Of a DNA stretch of 41,781 bases, positions 1 to 7,114 are shown in pieces. The stretch is from positions 1 through 41,781 of IMG/VR virus record IMGVR_UViG_3300049854_000029; one strand, 5' to 3'. The notes below the pieces were generated by a model, which made no database searches, had not been told where the DNA came from, and saw only the letters and a program-made list of their open reading frames with translations. Within the stretch, counting starts at the first letter, position 1. Each line of letters starts with the position of its first letter. The stretch is from a virus (lineage: Duplodnaviria > Caudoviricetes). The position numbers and the translations under genes are program-made.

Positions 1-127
1 AAATAAGGGTTTAGGCCCACCGCCGCCACAACAACAACAACATGCGCCGCCCTTTAGCAATTTGTCTTTTGCAATTCTAAGCATAGCTTCAAACAATACC
101 TTGGACTCATCTTCTCCATCAGTCTGT
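1..127. repeat. Terminal direct repeat (identical to 41655-41781); circular assembly overlap
   Basis: The first 127 nt match the last 127 nt exactly. 127 is a common assembler k-mer length, and the methyltransferase ORF reads continuously across the junction. Confidence 0.95.
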
Positions 128-339
128 ATTGGTCGTGGCACTGATTTGGAGGTGTCTCCACCAAATGCGGCTTCCCAAAGGGAAGCCAAATCACTGCCAC
201 CGTTATAGTTCAAACCATAAGGAGGGTCTGTCACTATCAAATCGAGGCGTTCCAATTCAGGCATGATCTCAAGCGAATTCCCATGATAAATGGTTATCCC
301 CGCCTTTGTGTCCTCATAGTAGGGTCTGGGCAAGGTCAT
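1..339 (-). CDS. DNA N6-adenine/N4-cytosine methyltransferase (beta class), N-terminal part; continues across the origin into 41654..41235 (252 aa total)
   Basis: Manual translation from ATG at 339: MTLPRPYYEDTKAGITIYHGNSLEIMPELERLDLIVTDPPYG...; contains catalytic DPPY; in frame with the 41235..41750 ORF. Confidence 0.92.
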   Translation of the reverse strand, partial: MTLPRPYYEDTKAGITIYHGNSLEIMPELERLDLIVTDPPYGLNYNGGSDLASLWEAAFGGDTSKSVPRPIQTDGEDESKVLFEAMLRIAKDKLLKGGACCCCCGGGGPKPLF

Positions 340-348
340 CCAAAGACC

Positions 349-528
349 TCACTTTTCACCTGGGACCTCCTCTTTCGTCTCGAATATAAGTCCATGACCA
401 AAACATAATGGACAATGATATGGTCCATTTGGTGTAGCAACCAAGGTCAGAAGACCTTCCACACTATATGGTGGATCATACACCCATTCACGACCATGAC
501 AACGGGGACATGTGTAACCAATAATCAT
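349..528 (-). CDS. Small zinc-finger protein (59 aa)
   Basis: Manual translation MIIGYTCPRCHG...HCPLCFGHG...; two CxxCxG motifs; ATGA overlap with the upstream stop. Confidence 0.7.
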   Translation of the reverse strand: MIIGYTCPRCHGREWVYDPPYSVEGLLTLVATPNGPYHCPLCFGHGLIFETKEEVPGEK

Positions 529-785
529 TTCAGTGCCTCCTCGATGGGAAATGTTTCTTCGAACAGTTTCTTGCTCTTGAAGAAATCATCACCTAACGGG
601 CTATATGCCTTGGCCCATGCTATTCTCTCACGCATCTTCTTCTGCCCCGCCTTGAAGCCTGCGCTGAAACCATGGGCATAGTACTTGGCAAGAGCCTGTT
701 TGAATTGAGCATAAGAACTCCATTCGGCATCTTCAGAAAGATCGTGTGTAATTGCCTTCCAAATACCAGCCAAAGGATCACTCAT
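525..785 (-). CDS. Hypothetical protein
   Basis: ORF track; GGAGGG RBS; ATGA overlaps with neighbours. Confidence 0.7.
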   Translation of the reverse strand: MSDPLAGIWKAITHDLSEDAEWSSYAQFKQALAKYYAHGFSAGFKAGQKKMRERIAWAKAYSPLGDDFFKSKKLFEETFPIEEALK

Positions 786-1030
786 CTCTTCCCTCCTCTG
801 TCGGAGGGGAAGATGGTGAGGCCGTCTATCCCCAAGATAAGAAGCTTTAAAAACTTCCCATGCAATTCGTCATCGCCATAAAAGTCCTCGACGAATTCAG
901 CCGCCTTCTTAAGCCCCGCGTTGTAGCCTTCGGCGTAAACTTTCTTCAATTCATCTTCGAGTTGTTCTAGCTTTGTGAAACACTTGGCACAATAGTTCGT
1001 CATTCCATGTGGACAACCAAATTCACTCAT
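782..1030 (-). CDS. Hypothetical protein (CPH...CxxC N-terminus)
   Basis: ORF track; translationally coupled; RBS present. Confidence 0.7.
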   Translation of the reverse strand: MSEFGCPHGMTNYCAKCFTKLEQLEDELKKVYAEGYNAGLKKAAEFVEDFYGDDELHGKFLKLLILGIDGLTIFPSDRGGKR

Positions 1031-1440
1031 CTCTTCCCTCTCCCTCCGGCCTCCTCGATGGCGACGAGATAACCGCCATAATATCCATTCGAGTTGTTCC
1101 TGAACTCAAGAACAATATTTCCTTTATCCGTGGAAAATATCTGATTATAGACTGACAAGAAATCGTGTCCGCATTTCCGATTAAAATCCACTTTCTCATC
1201 GCAAACATGACCGTCCCAAGGTGTGTCATTCCCTTCGCTTATGCTCAGGATCACAGATCCGTTGATTTCGTCAGGTAGTTCTAGATGTTCAATCCATGAC
1301 TCAGAGCAACAGTCTCCTTCAACGCAGAAGCGTCGAATAGTTTCGTCCTTGAAAGTAAAACGAATTTCTGATTTGTCATCGGTAAGACAAACAGATTCAA
1401 GCCGTTTGCCAATCATAGATTCAAAGTGGAGATCCCACAT
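1027..1440 (-). CDS. Phage hypothetical protein (DCCSESW and NGYYGG motifs)
   Basis: ORF track; start moved to ATG at 1440 behind GGAGGGGG; the motif pair resembles a common phage DUF family. Confidence 0.75.
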   Translation of the reverse strand: MWDLHFESMIGKRLESVCLTDDKSEIRFTFKDETIRRFCVEGDCCSESWIEHLELPDEINGSVILSISEGNDTPWDGHVCDEKVDFNRKCGHDFLSVYNQIFSTDKGNIVLEFRNNSNGYYGGYLVAIEEAGGRGKR

Positions 1441-1464
1441 ATTGATTTCCCCCTCCAAAGTGTT

Positions 1465-1628
1465 TGCCAATGGGACGGAATTGCACCGCCTTAGCTAGTT
1501 TCCACTGTCTTGGTCATGCTCCATGCCCGTGGGTGGATACTGCGCCCCGTTAACTCTAGCTGACATATATCCCTAGACGGGACCGAGCCAGGTAATTGCC
1601 GCATGTCTCTGTCCATACCGCCATTGGC
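1465..1628 (-). ncRNA. tRNA-like RNA with large insertion replacing the anticodon arm
   Basis: Acceptor-like stem GCCAAUGG/CCAUUGGC followed by A; T-arm GGCGG-UGCAAUU-CCGUC; D-like stem GUAUG/CAUGC; fills an intergenic gap. Confidence 0.55.
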
Positions 1629-1632
1629 AAAT

Positions 1633-1851
1633 TCAAAACAGTTCACCCTTCCAAGGCAGACGGTACCCAGCCAGGGTTTTCCCAGACTCCGTATGAATCT
1701 TGACAGTCTCTATCTCTAGCCCCTGTCTCCTTAAATCCTGGATTCTCGCAGCCAAGCGAAAGCTCCGAATCTCTGGGTCGTTCAATGCGTCAATCGGAGT
1801 TAAAAGTCGCCCCTGTTTAAGACGGTTGAGAATAGCTTCTGTCTGGGTCAT
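1633..1851 (-). CDS. Small winged helix-turn-helix protein
   Basis: MTQTEAILNRLKQGRLLTPIDAL...RLAARIQDLRRQGLEI is a typical phage wHTH pattern; start at an ATGA overlap. Confidence 0.8.
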   Translation of the reverse strand: MTQTEAILNRLKQGRLLTPIDALNDPEIRSFRLAARIQDLRRQGLEIETVKIHTESGKTLAGYRLPWKGELF

Positions 1852-2009
1852 TCGGGCTTTTTCTCCTGATGTTCTGCCCATTCCTTGTGGCTAGGTGGCC
1901 GGGGAACCTTTCTTCGCTCGCCTTCTACCTGCTTTTTCATTGAGTCGAAGATGATGTCAAAGGCCTTCTTGTGAAAGTCCCAAACCTTTTTGGGATCGTC
2001 CCAGTTCAC
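1848..2009 (-). CDS. Hypothetical protein (53 aa)
   Basis: Manual translation from GTG; fills the gap with 4-bp overlaps on both sides. Confidence 0.6.
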   Translation of the reverse strand: MNWDDPKKVWDFHKKAFDIIFDSMKKQVEGERRKVPRPPSHKEWAEHQEKKPE

Positions 2010-2383
2010 CGTGCCATCCCTCGCTCACCACGTTGCTGCTTCAAGATGGACTGAGCCAAATTGATCCGAAGCTCTATGGCGTCCACCAGAGTCTGCACTT
2101 TGTCTCGGTACTGCCTTTCACTGGTCACAGCCTCGTCACACCACGCCTTTTTCTCAGCGGCAGTGAGCACTCCACCGCAAACACCTAAATAATAGGCTGC
2201 CACAGCGCAGTCTAAGTCTCCGTTAGCTTCTGCAAGGCAGAACCCGCACCGAGAGTAGTGCGCTTCAACCAGTCGAAGATGATTGATGAGTTCAGATTCT
2301 TGGTCGGGCATGGGCTCGGACAAAAGCTTCTTTACAGCGAGGAGATATTTAAGAGTCTCGTCGTTCATCGTGCTTCCTATCAA
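2006..2383 (-). CDS. Helical hypothetical protein (possibly a UvsY-like recombination mediator)
   Basis: ORF track; coiled-coil character; lies beside the SSB and exonuclease genes; function is inference. Confidence 0.6.
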   Translation of the reverse strand: MIGSTMNDETLKYLLAVKKLLSEPMPDQESELINHLRLVEAHYSRCGFCLAEANGDLDCAVAAYYLGVCGGVLTAAEKKAWCDEAVTSERQYRDKVQTLVDAIELRINLAQSILKQQRGERGMAR

Positions 2384-2479
2384 AAAGGGAATCTAGCGCA
2401 GATTTAATGGTGATTATCCCCACAAAGTAAAATATCAAAAGCATCAAAATGATCCAGCCGGTGACCCACCAGCCAACGC

Positions 2480-2602
2480 TTACCGTGTGACCCACTCAAT
2501 CAACGAAATTCCAGAAAAGACCATCACGTACATGAGCCCCACACCTGCAGCAGTCAGTAACCCCACCCACACAACCACGTGCATCCATTCATATAGTTTC
2601 AT
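2480..2602 (-). CDS. Small membrane peptide (40 aa)
   Basis: MKLYEWMHVVVWVGLLTAAGVGLMYVMVFSGISLIEWVTR; ATGA-coupled to the exonuclease stop. Confidence 0.5.
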   Translation of the reverse strand: MKLYEWMHVVVWVGLLTAAGVGLMYVMVFSGISLIEWVTR

Positions 2603-3318
2603 CCATGAGCCCACTTCCAAAGTTCATATGCATGCAGAAACGTCTCGAATAAGGGTTCGAATCTCTCGGGACTTACACGCAGAATGTCTGTCGCTGGATC
2701 AAAGAGCCGTCCAGTCTTGTCAAACCTGTATATCTCAATCTCGTCTATTTTTTCTCCTGTCAATTCCCTGCACGCGTATAGGTACGCAACCGTCTGAATA
2801 CTATGCTCCGGGTAAATAGCGTTGCTCGTTTTCCAATCTCTTAAAATGACTCTCCCGTCTTCAGTCTTGATAATGGCGTCCAGTGTCCCTGCGTACTGGT
2901 ACTTCTTGGAGTACACAGTGGACTCGCTCTTAATCACCTCAAACTTCTCTTTACCTACGCTTGCAAGAAACGCTTCAGCCAGAGACTTGATCCGGGGCGG
3001 GACATCTTCAATATTCCACTTCAATCCTTTCATCCAATGGTCAAAGTACATATGAGCCGTAGACCCAATAGAAGCTGCGTCTTTTAGTTTCTCTGACCCA
3101 CTGTGAAAGAAGTCTTCTGGGAGATCTTTTAGGAGGGTTTCATGAACTCCGGGAGCGATGGCCTTCAGGTCGTTCAGTAACTTGAACGCTTTCTTTGTGC
3201 CGTTGGCTTCGTACCACTTAAGAAGGTGCACCCCTTTATTTATCACTTGGAGAATTGTCGTTACAGACGGCAATTTGCCAACGTGTGGAATGTCGTAGTA
3301 CCCTTGGGCATCTTTCAT
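2599..3318 (-). CDS. PD-(D/E)XK exonuclease (Cas4/RecB-like, phage recombination)
   Basis: PSVTTIL, GSTAH, YAGTLD...DWKTS and QxxAY motifs. Confidence 0.88.
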   Translation of the reverse strand: MKDAQGYYDIPHVGKLPSVTTILQVINKGVHLLKWYEANGTKKAFKLLNDLKAIAPGVHETLLKDLPEDFFHSGSEKLKDAASIGSTAHMYFDHWMKGLKWNIEDVPPRIKSLAEAFLASVGKEKFEVIKSESTVYSKKYQYAGTLDAIIKTEDGRVILRDWKTSNAIYPEHSIQTVAYLYACRELTGEKIDEIEIYRFDKTGRLFDPATDILRVSPERFEPLFETFLHAYELWKWAHG

Positions 3319-3345
3319 GGCTTACCCCTCCCGCGTGTTTGTCTG

Positions 3346-3849
3346 TTAGAACTTGGGCTCGTCTTCTTCTAACTCGACAACGTCTCTCTGGTACAAGTCG
3401 TTCAAGTTGTGCAGCTTGTGACCTTCCAACATGGCTGGAACGAATCTGCTGGGAACCACCGGGACAACTATGTACCGCGTTTCCATTTTGGTCCCCATCC
3501 TAGACACTTTGAAATCAACAGAGTCCAGGTTCCCGTTATACGCTTGAAACAGTGCGTAGATCTGATTGAATATCATGGGCCCGCCTTCCAACACTTTCAC
3601 TGGGCTCCCCTTGTCATTAAAGTCCCACACATTGATCGCAAAGCGGGTTTTCTTCGGGATGCCTCTGGAACATAAATCGCACGTTCTACCCTTACAATCA
3701 AAAGGCGGTTTCACATCCAATCCATAATGGCTTTGAAACTGTTCTGGTTCTTTGTCCAAGATGTGTATTGAACAGTCCCTCCCCGATTCAATCATCAAAT
3801 ATGAACCGCTCCTTCTGTTCGAACTTGCTAGTACGTTCCACCCTTTCAT
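3346..3849 (-). CDS. Single-stranded DNA-binding protein (gp32-like, Zn-binding)
   Basis: H...C-x4-C-x2-C cluster, FAINVWD, DFKVSRMG..TRY, and an acidic C-terminal tail ending in PKF. Confidence 0.7.
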   Translation of the reverse strand: MKGWNVLASSNRRSGSYLMIESGRDCSIHILDKEPEQFQSHYGLDVKPPFDCKGRTCDLCSRGIPKKTRFAINVWDFNDKGSPVKVLEGGPMIFNQIYALFQAYNGNLDSVDFKVSRMGTKMETRYIVVPVVPSRFVPAMLEGHKLHNLNDLYQRDVVELEEDEPKF

Positions 3850-3861
3850 TTGTCCTCCCCT

Positions 3862-4089
3862 TTACACGTAAAATAACTGGCTGTCTTCTTCTCTGTACGG
3901 CTTGTCATCCATCTTCTTTATGTGCACACATTCCCAAGCGAACAGCGGGCCTCGAATGAACCCGCCTTTCACTGCAAGAGCCAACTTGAACTGGGCTCTT
4001 ACCTCTGCGTTTCCTTTGCTGTTTGACACCACATACTCAACCCGAGTGTCGTCTGTCACGTCATTCTTGTAAGACACTTGATAAAGCAT
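3862..4089 (-). CDS. Hypothetical protein
   Basis: ORF track; GAGGA RBS. Confidence 0.65.
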   Translation of the reverse strand: MLYQVSYKNDVTDDTRVEYVVSNSKGNAEVRAQFKLALAVKGGFIRGPLFAWECVHIKKMDDKPYREEDSQLFYV

Positions 4090-4345
4090 TATCGGTCCTC
4101 TTCAACACGTATCCTCTCCCAGGACGAGGAGCCTCTTCAATGAAGTCGTAAAGCGTCTTTCCACACTCACATTGTCCCCAAGACGGCGTTTCTCCTGGGT
4201 TGTACAACACAGTCTCACAGTCCAGACACATCACCCACTCAATGGAGCTGCACTCGCAGGTCATCTCTTTGTTCCCACACAAAAGGCAATGCCTCTCTGG
4301 CGGATCAAGGAAAAAGTCATTTACATCGTCTGGCTTTGTCATCAC
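4061..4345 (-). CDS. Cys-rich hypothetical protein
   Basis: Several CxxC/CxC motifs. Confidence 0.65.
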   Translation of the reverse strand: MMTKPDDVNDFFLDPPERHCLLCGNKEMTCECSSIEWVMCLDCETVLYNPGETPSWGQCECGKTLYDFIEEAPRPGRGYVLKRTDNALSSVLQE

Positions 4346-4523
4346 AAAGAAGCGAGTAGTAATGCAGGTTCTTCAGTTTCATTGCGGCTTCCGTAGACTT
4401 GATCTTGATGTCCCTTAAGATGCTTTCACATACTCCAGGAGCAAGACTATAAGAAACAGTAACCCCGCCAACATGAGCAGCTTCCCAAACGTAATGGTCC
4501 CCCTCTTTCCTAACCTGGTGCAT
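4317..4523 (-). CDS. Hypothetical protein
   Basis: ORF track; GGGGGGAG RBS. Confidence 0.6.
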   Translation of the reverse strand: MHQVRKEGDHYVWEAAHVGGVTVSYSLAPGVCESILRDIKIKSTEAAMKLKNLHYYSLLCDDKARRCK

Positions 4524-4535
4524 ATGCTCCCCCCC

Positions 4536-4826
4536 TTACCATTCATTTGCACTCTGTCCGTCCATTTCCAACATTCTCTCGTCCAAATAAGCCAGAAGAG
4601 AGTCTCTGTCAATCCTAACACCCCGACCGTTTGTCCATGTCACGATGAACTTCACTCCTCTTTCTTGTAATAAGGGCTTCTTTCTCCAAAATGTCACCCG
4701 GTGAACTCCAAGCAAGTTGCAGCATTGCTCAATACTTAAAAGGTCTGGCAAATCGCTTACATCCATTGGAATCTCAGGCTTCTTTCTGTGGAAACTCCAA
4801 GATCTTTTATTCTTTTCATTTCCCAA
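4536..4826 (-). CDS. Excisionase-like HTH DNA-binding protein (start uncertain)
   Basis: LPDLLSIEQCCNLLGVHRVTFWR...GVRIDRDSLLAYL fits the MerR-like HTH_17/Xis pattern. Confidence 0.75.
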   Translation of the reverse strand: MGNEKNKRSWSFHRKKPEIPMDVSDLPDLLSIEQCCNLLGVHRVTFWRKKPLLQERGVKFIVTWTNGRGVRIDRDSLLAYLDERMLEMDGQSANEW

Positions 4827-5276
4827 TCGCGCGAGCTTAAATACTCTTTATATTTCATATTTGATATTTAACTCATCAACAGTATTAGCTTAGGTGTAAA
4901 CCCTACCCTGACCGGTAGAGGGAGCCATGGGCGTAGGTAAGTACGCCAAGCTAAGTAAATCTAGGATTATTCTTGCGGCCCATGGCCTTTCTCAAGGGTG
5001 GGTTGGGCGGCAACGAGAGCCATTCTCTCGTCCTGGGTCTTACCCTGTCGGCAGTGTTCGCCAGGTGGTCAAGGCATGAGTGACAAGGTCATGCGTAGGG
5101 TGCCTATTGACCTTGGCGGGAATCTAACCCACCACGTTTTCAATGTCAGTCCACCGTTTTTTAACGCTTGCCAAGGGGCCGGAACAGCACCATTGCTTGG
5201 CAAATAGAAAACGCCCGGAAACAGGTGGTACCTGAAAACCGGGCGCATCCCACGTTTGAAGAAATCGGTATTTCGT

Positions 5277-5462
5277 TCATTTTGCGTTCAACATCACAAA
5301 GCCGTCTAACCAATCCTGCTTAAAGAGGTATGTCCTGGAGCGTTTGGCGTACTTGAGCATCTTGCGTTTACACCAATACGCAATGACCTTCTTGGGGTGC
5401 TTGCCACCCATTCTTAAGTATTGAACAGCTTCGTCTAAGGTGATCCAGGGGGATGGGGTCAT
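5277..5462 (-). CDS. Excisionase-like HTH protein
   Basis: PWITLDEAVQYL...YLFKQDWLDGF fits the HTH_17 pattern. Confidence 0.75.
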   Translation of the reverse strand: MTPSPWITLDEAVQYLRMGGKHPKKVIAYWCKRKMLKYAKRSRTYLFKQDWLDGFVMLNAK

Positions 5463-5698
5463 GGTTTCCTCACATCCAAGAATCCGTAGTATCTGGGGTG
5501 AAGGTTTACTCCCATCACCCGTTCCACGGCCTTGGTGAATCCTGCTCTAGGCTCATTTTTTCCCTCGAAGAACGCGTAAACCTGCTCTGGTTTCACTTCG
5601 ATTTGAAACTCTTCAGTCATCTTCCGAGCAAGCTCGCTTTTCGTCCATCCTTTGGCCTCTAGGAGCTCTTCCAAAAAACTCGAATATTTCAGACCCAT
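5459..5698 (-). CDS. XRE-family (Cro-like) HTH regulator
   Basis: LLEAKGWTKSELARKM...VYAFFEGKNEP; first well-supported gene of the leftward early operon. Confidence 0.8.
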   Translation of the reverse strand: MGLKYSSFLEELLEAKGWTKSELARKMTEEFQIEVKPEQVYAFFEGKNEPRAGFTKAVERVMGVNLHPRYYGFLDVRKP

Positions 5699-6045
5699 AC
5701 TCGGAAACTCCCTAGTTGTTTATTTTCACCACTAATATATACTGGGCACAGAAAATTAAGGGCGCAACGTTAGAACTCGGCGAGAAAACTAACGTGCGCC
5801 CGGTGAAAATAAAACCCACGCCTTGTCGAAAAGGCTTGGGTTCGAGGGGTCCTGGAAACGCCGATGTTTTTCATTGCATTGAGCTCCTATATTTCCTTAA
5901 ACTGTGGCGAGGCTTGGAGGCTTCGCCAAGGAGAGACATGTAAGGCATGTCCCTCTACGTTCTTTGACTGATGCCTTCCGGGCTTCTCAGTCTCATGTGA
6001 GAACTGGGTAACCTCGTCGTAGATCATTGATGTTTTGATGATCAG

Positions 6046-6093
6046 GTTATCCATTGGATAACTGATGGTACCGCGCGGTTATCCATTTGTCAA
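6046..6093 (-). promoter_or_regulatory. Sigma70-type early promoter with overlapping operator repeats
   Basis: TTGACA (6093-6088), 17-bp spacer, TACCAT (6070-6065). GGTTATCCATT occurs twice, once within the palindrome GTTATCCA-T-TGGATAAC. Confidence 0.7.
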
Positions 6094-6143
6094 TGTTTGG
6101 CGTGTAAAATGTTTGTAAACAAACACGCATTGGGGAGGGACCT

Positions 6144-6677
6144 ATGGAGAATAGGCCCGGAAGAGATCAGTTAAACATTAAGAACGTCTCGAATCACCTG
6201 ATCGAGGAGTTCGACGCCCTCAGAAAGGGCAAGAATCCAGGTGATTTGAACCGGCCTCGGTGGGCACTCTTTGAGCAGATATTTACCGAGTGGAAAAAGT
6301 CACGCGCTCAACAAGAGAGTTCTCACCTTGAAGAGGAAATTATTGTCGAGCGACAGGCGACGACTCCGAAGGTGTTTGAGGCAATGAAACTTATCGGAGG
6401 CGTGAAGGGACCTTCTCGAAACTTTAGGTTTCCGAGGAGGCTCATCATGGAATTGAGGAAGGCTGGAATGGAATTCTTCGGGAAAGAGAGTGACGCCCAG
6501 GTGATATCGTACTTTGCTGCTTATGGGTTCATTCAGTGGCAAGAGATTCAGGCCCAACAACTCTTAGGTGCACGGACGGAAGTTTTGTCCGACGTTGGTG
6601 AGCATGAGATCGTCGTAGAGAATTTATCTGGGCTGCCAGGTCAGAAAGCTCGGCGTGAGAAAGTGGTACACGAATGA
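6144..6677 (+). CDS. Putative repressor with two ribbon-helix-helix-like motifs
   Basis: Divergent from the Cro-like gene and upstream of the integrase; QLNIKNVSNHLIEEF and RNFRFPRRLIMEL resemble Arc/Mnt strand-helix starts; GGGGAGG RBS. Confidence 0.6.
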   Translation: MENRPGRDQLNIKNVSNHLIEEFDALRKGKNPGDLNRPRWALFEQIFTEWKKSRAQQESSHLEEEIIVERQATTPKVFEAMKLIGGVKGPSRNFRFPRRLIMELRKAGMEFFGKESDAQVISYFAAYGFIQWQEIQAQQLLGARTEVLSDVGEHEIVVENLSGLPGQKARREKVVHE

Positions 6678-6738
6678 CTTTGCCGTTAACAGAAAAGATC
6701 AACTGGAAAGGTTGTGATTCTATAAGCTGAATATTCAC

Positions 6739-6938
6739 AAAAAACAGGGGGGCACGTGTCGTAATAAGGCTACGCAAATAACCCATACGACCGCCGCCCC
6801 CTGACTCTTTAGAGCCAAGCAGCAGCTTAGACTTCGGATTTGCGTATGCCCCACGGCGAGTGGAGGCTTGCCCCGCGCGAACGGGGCTCCGAACCAAGGT
6901 TGCATTCAGGTATGAGTCCTTCTGGAAGTTAAAACTTC
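6739..6938 (-). ncRNA. Candidate ~200-nt structured small RNA
   Basis: Preceded by TTGACA-17-TATAAG (6973-6945); ends in a CAGGGG...CCCCUG-U6 hairpin; several internal stems. Confidence 0.55.
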
Positions 6939-6994
6939 TGGATTCTTATACCGCATAGGGTGGACTTTGTCAATAGACAAAGGAGGGGCCTATT

Positions 6995-7111
6995 ATGTCC
7001 ATTACAGACTATCTAATCCATGTGCTTCGGATTCCTGTCTGGGTCATGTTGGCCGTCGTTGCCCTTGCTTTTTTGGTTTTAGGAATCATTGTGGGGGTGG
7101 GGTTCAGGTAA
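6995..7111 (+). CDS. Small single-TM membrane peptide (38 aa)
   Basis: AAGGAGG RBS; MSITDYLIHVLRIPVWVMLAVVALAFLVLGIIVGVGFR; stop lies 3 nt before the integrase ATG. Confidence 0.7.
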   Translation: MSITDYLIHVLRIPVWVMLAVVALAFLVLGIIVGVGFR

Positions 7112-7114
7112 GAT

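Noticed and set aside
4845-4885. Hammerhead-like UGAUGAG...GAAA on the - strand
   Set aside because: The core is UUGAUGA rather than CUGAUGA, and stems I-III do not form convincingly.
6529-6897. 122-aa - strand ORF
   Set aside because: It overlaps the putative repressor in antisense, runs through a terminator-like hairpin and lacks an RBS. A shorter version from GTG at ~6738 cannot be excluded.
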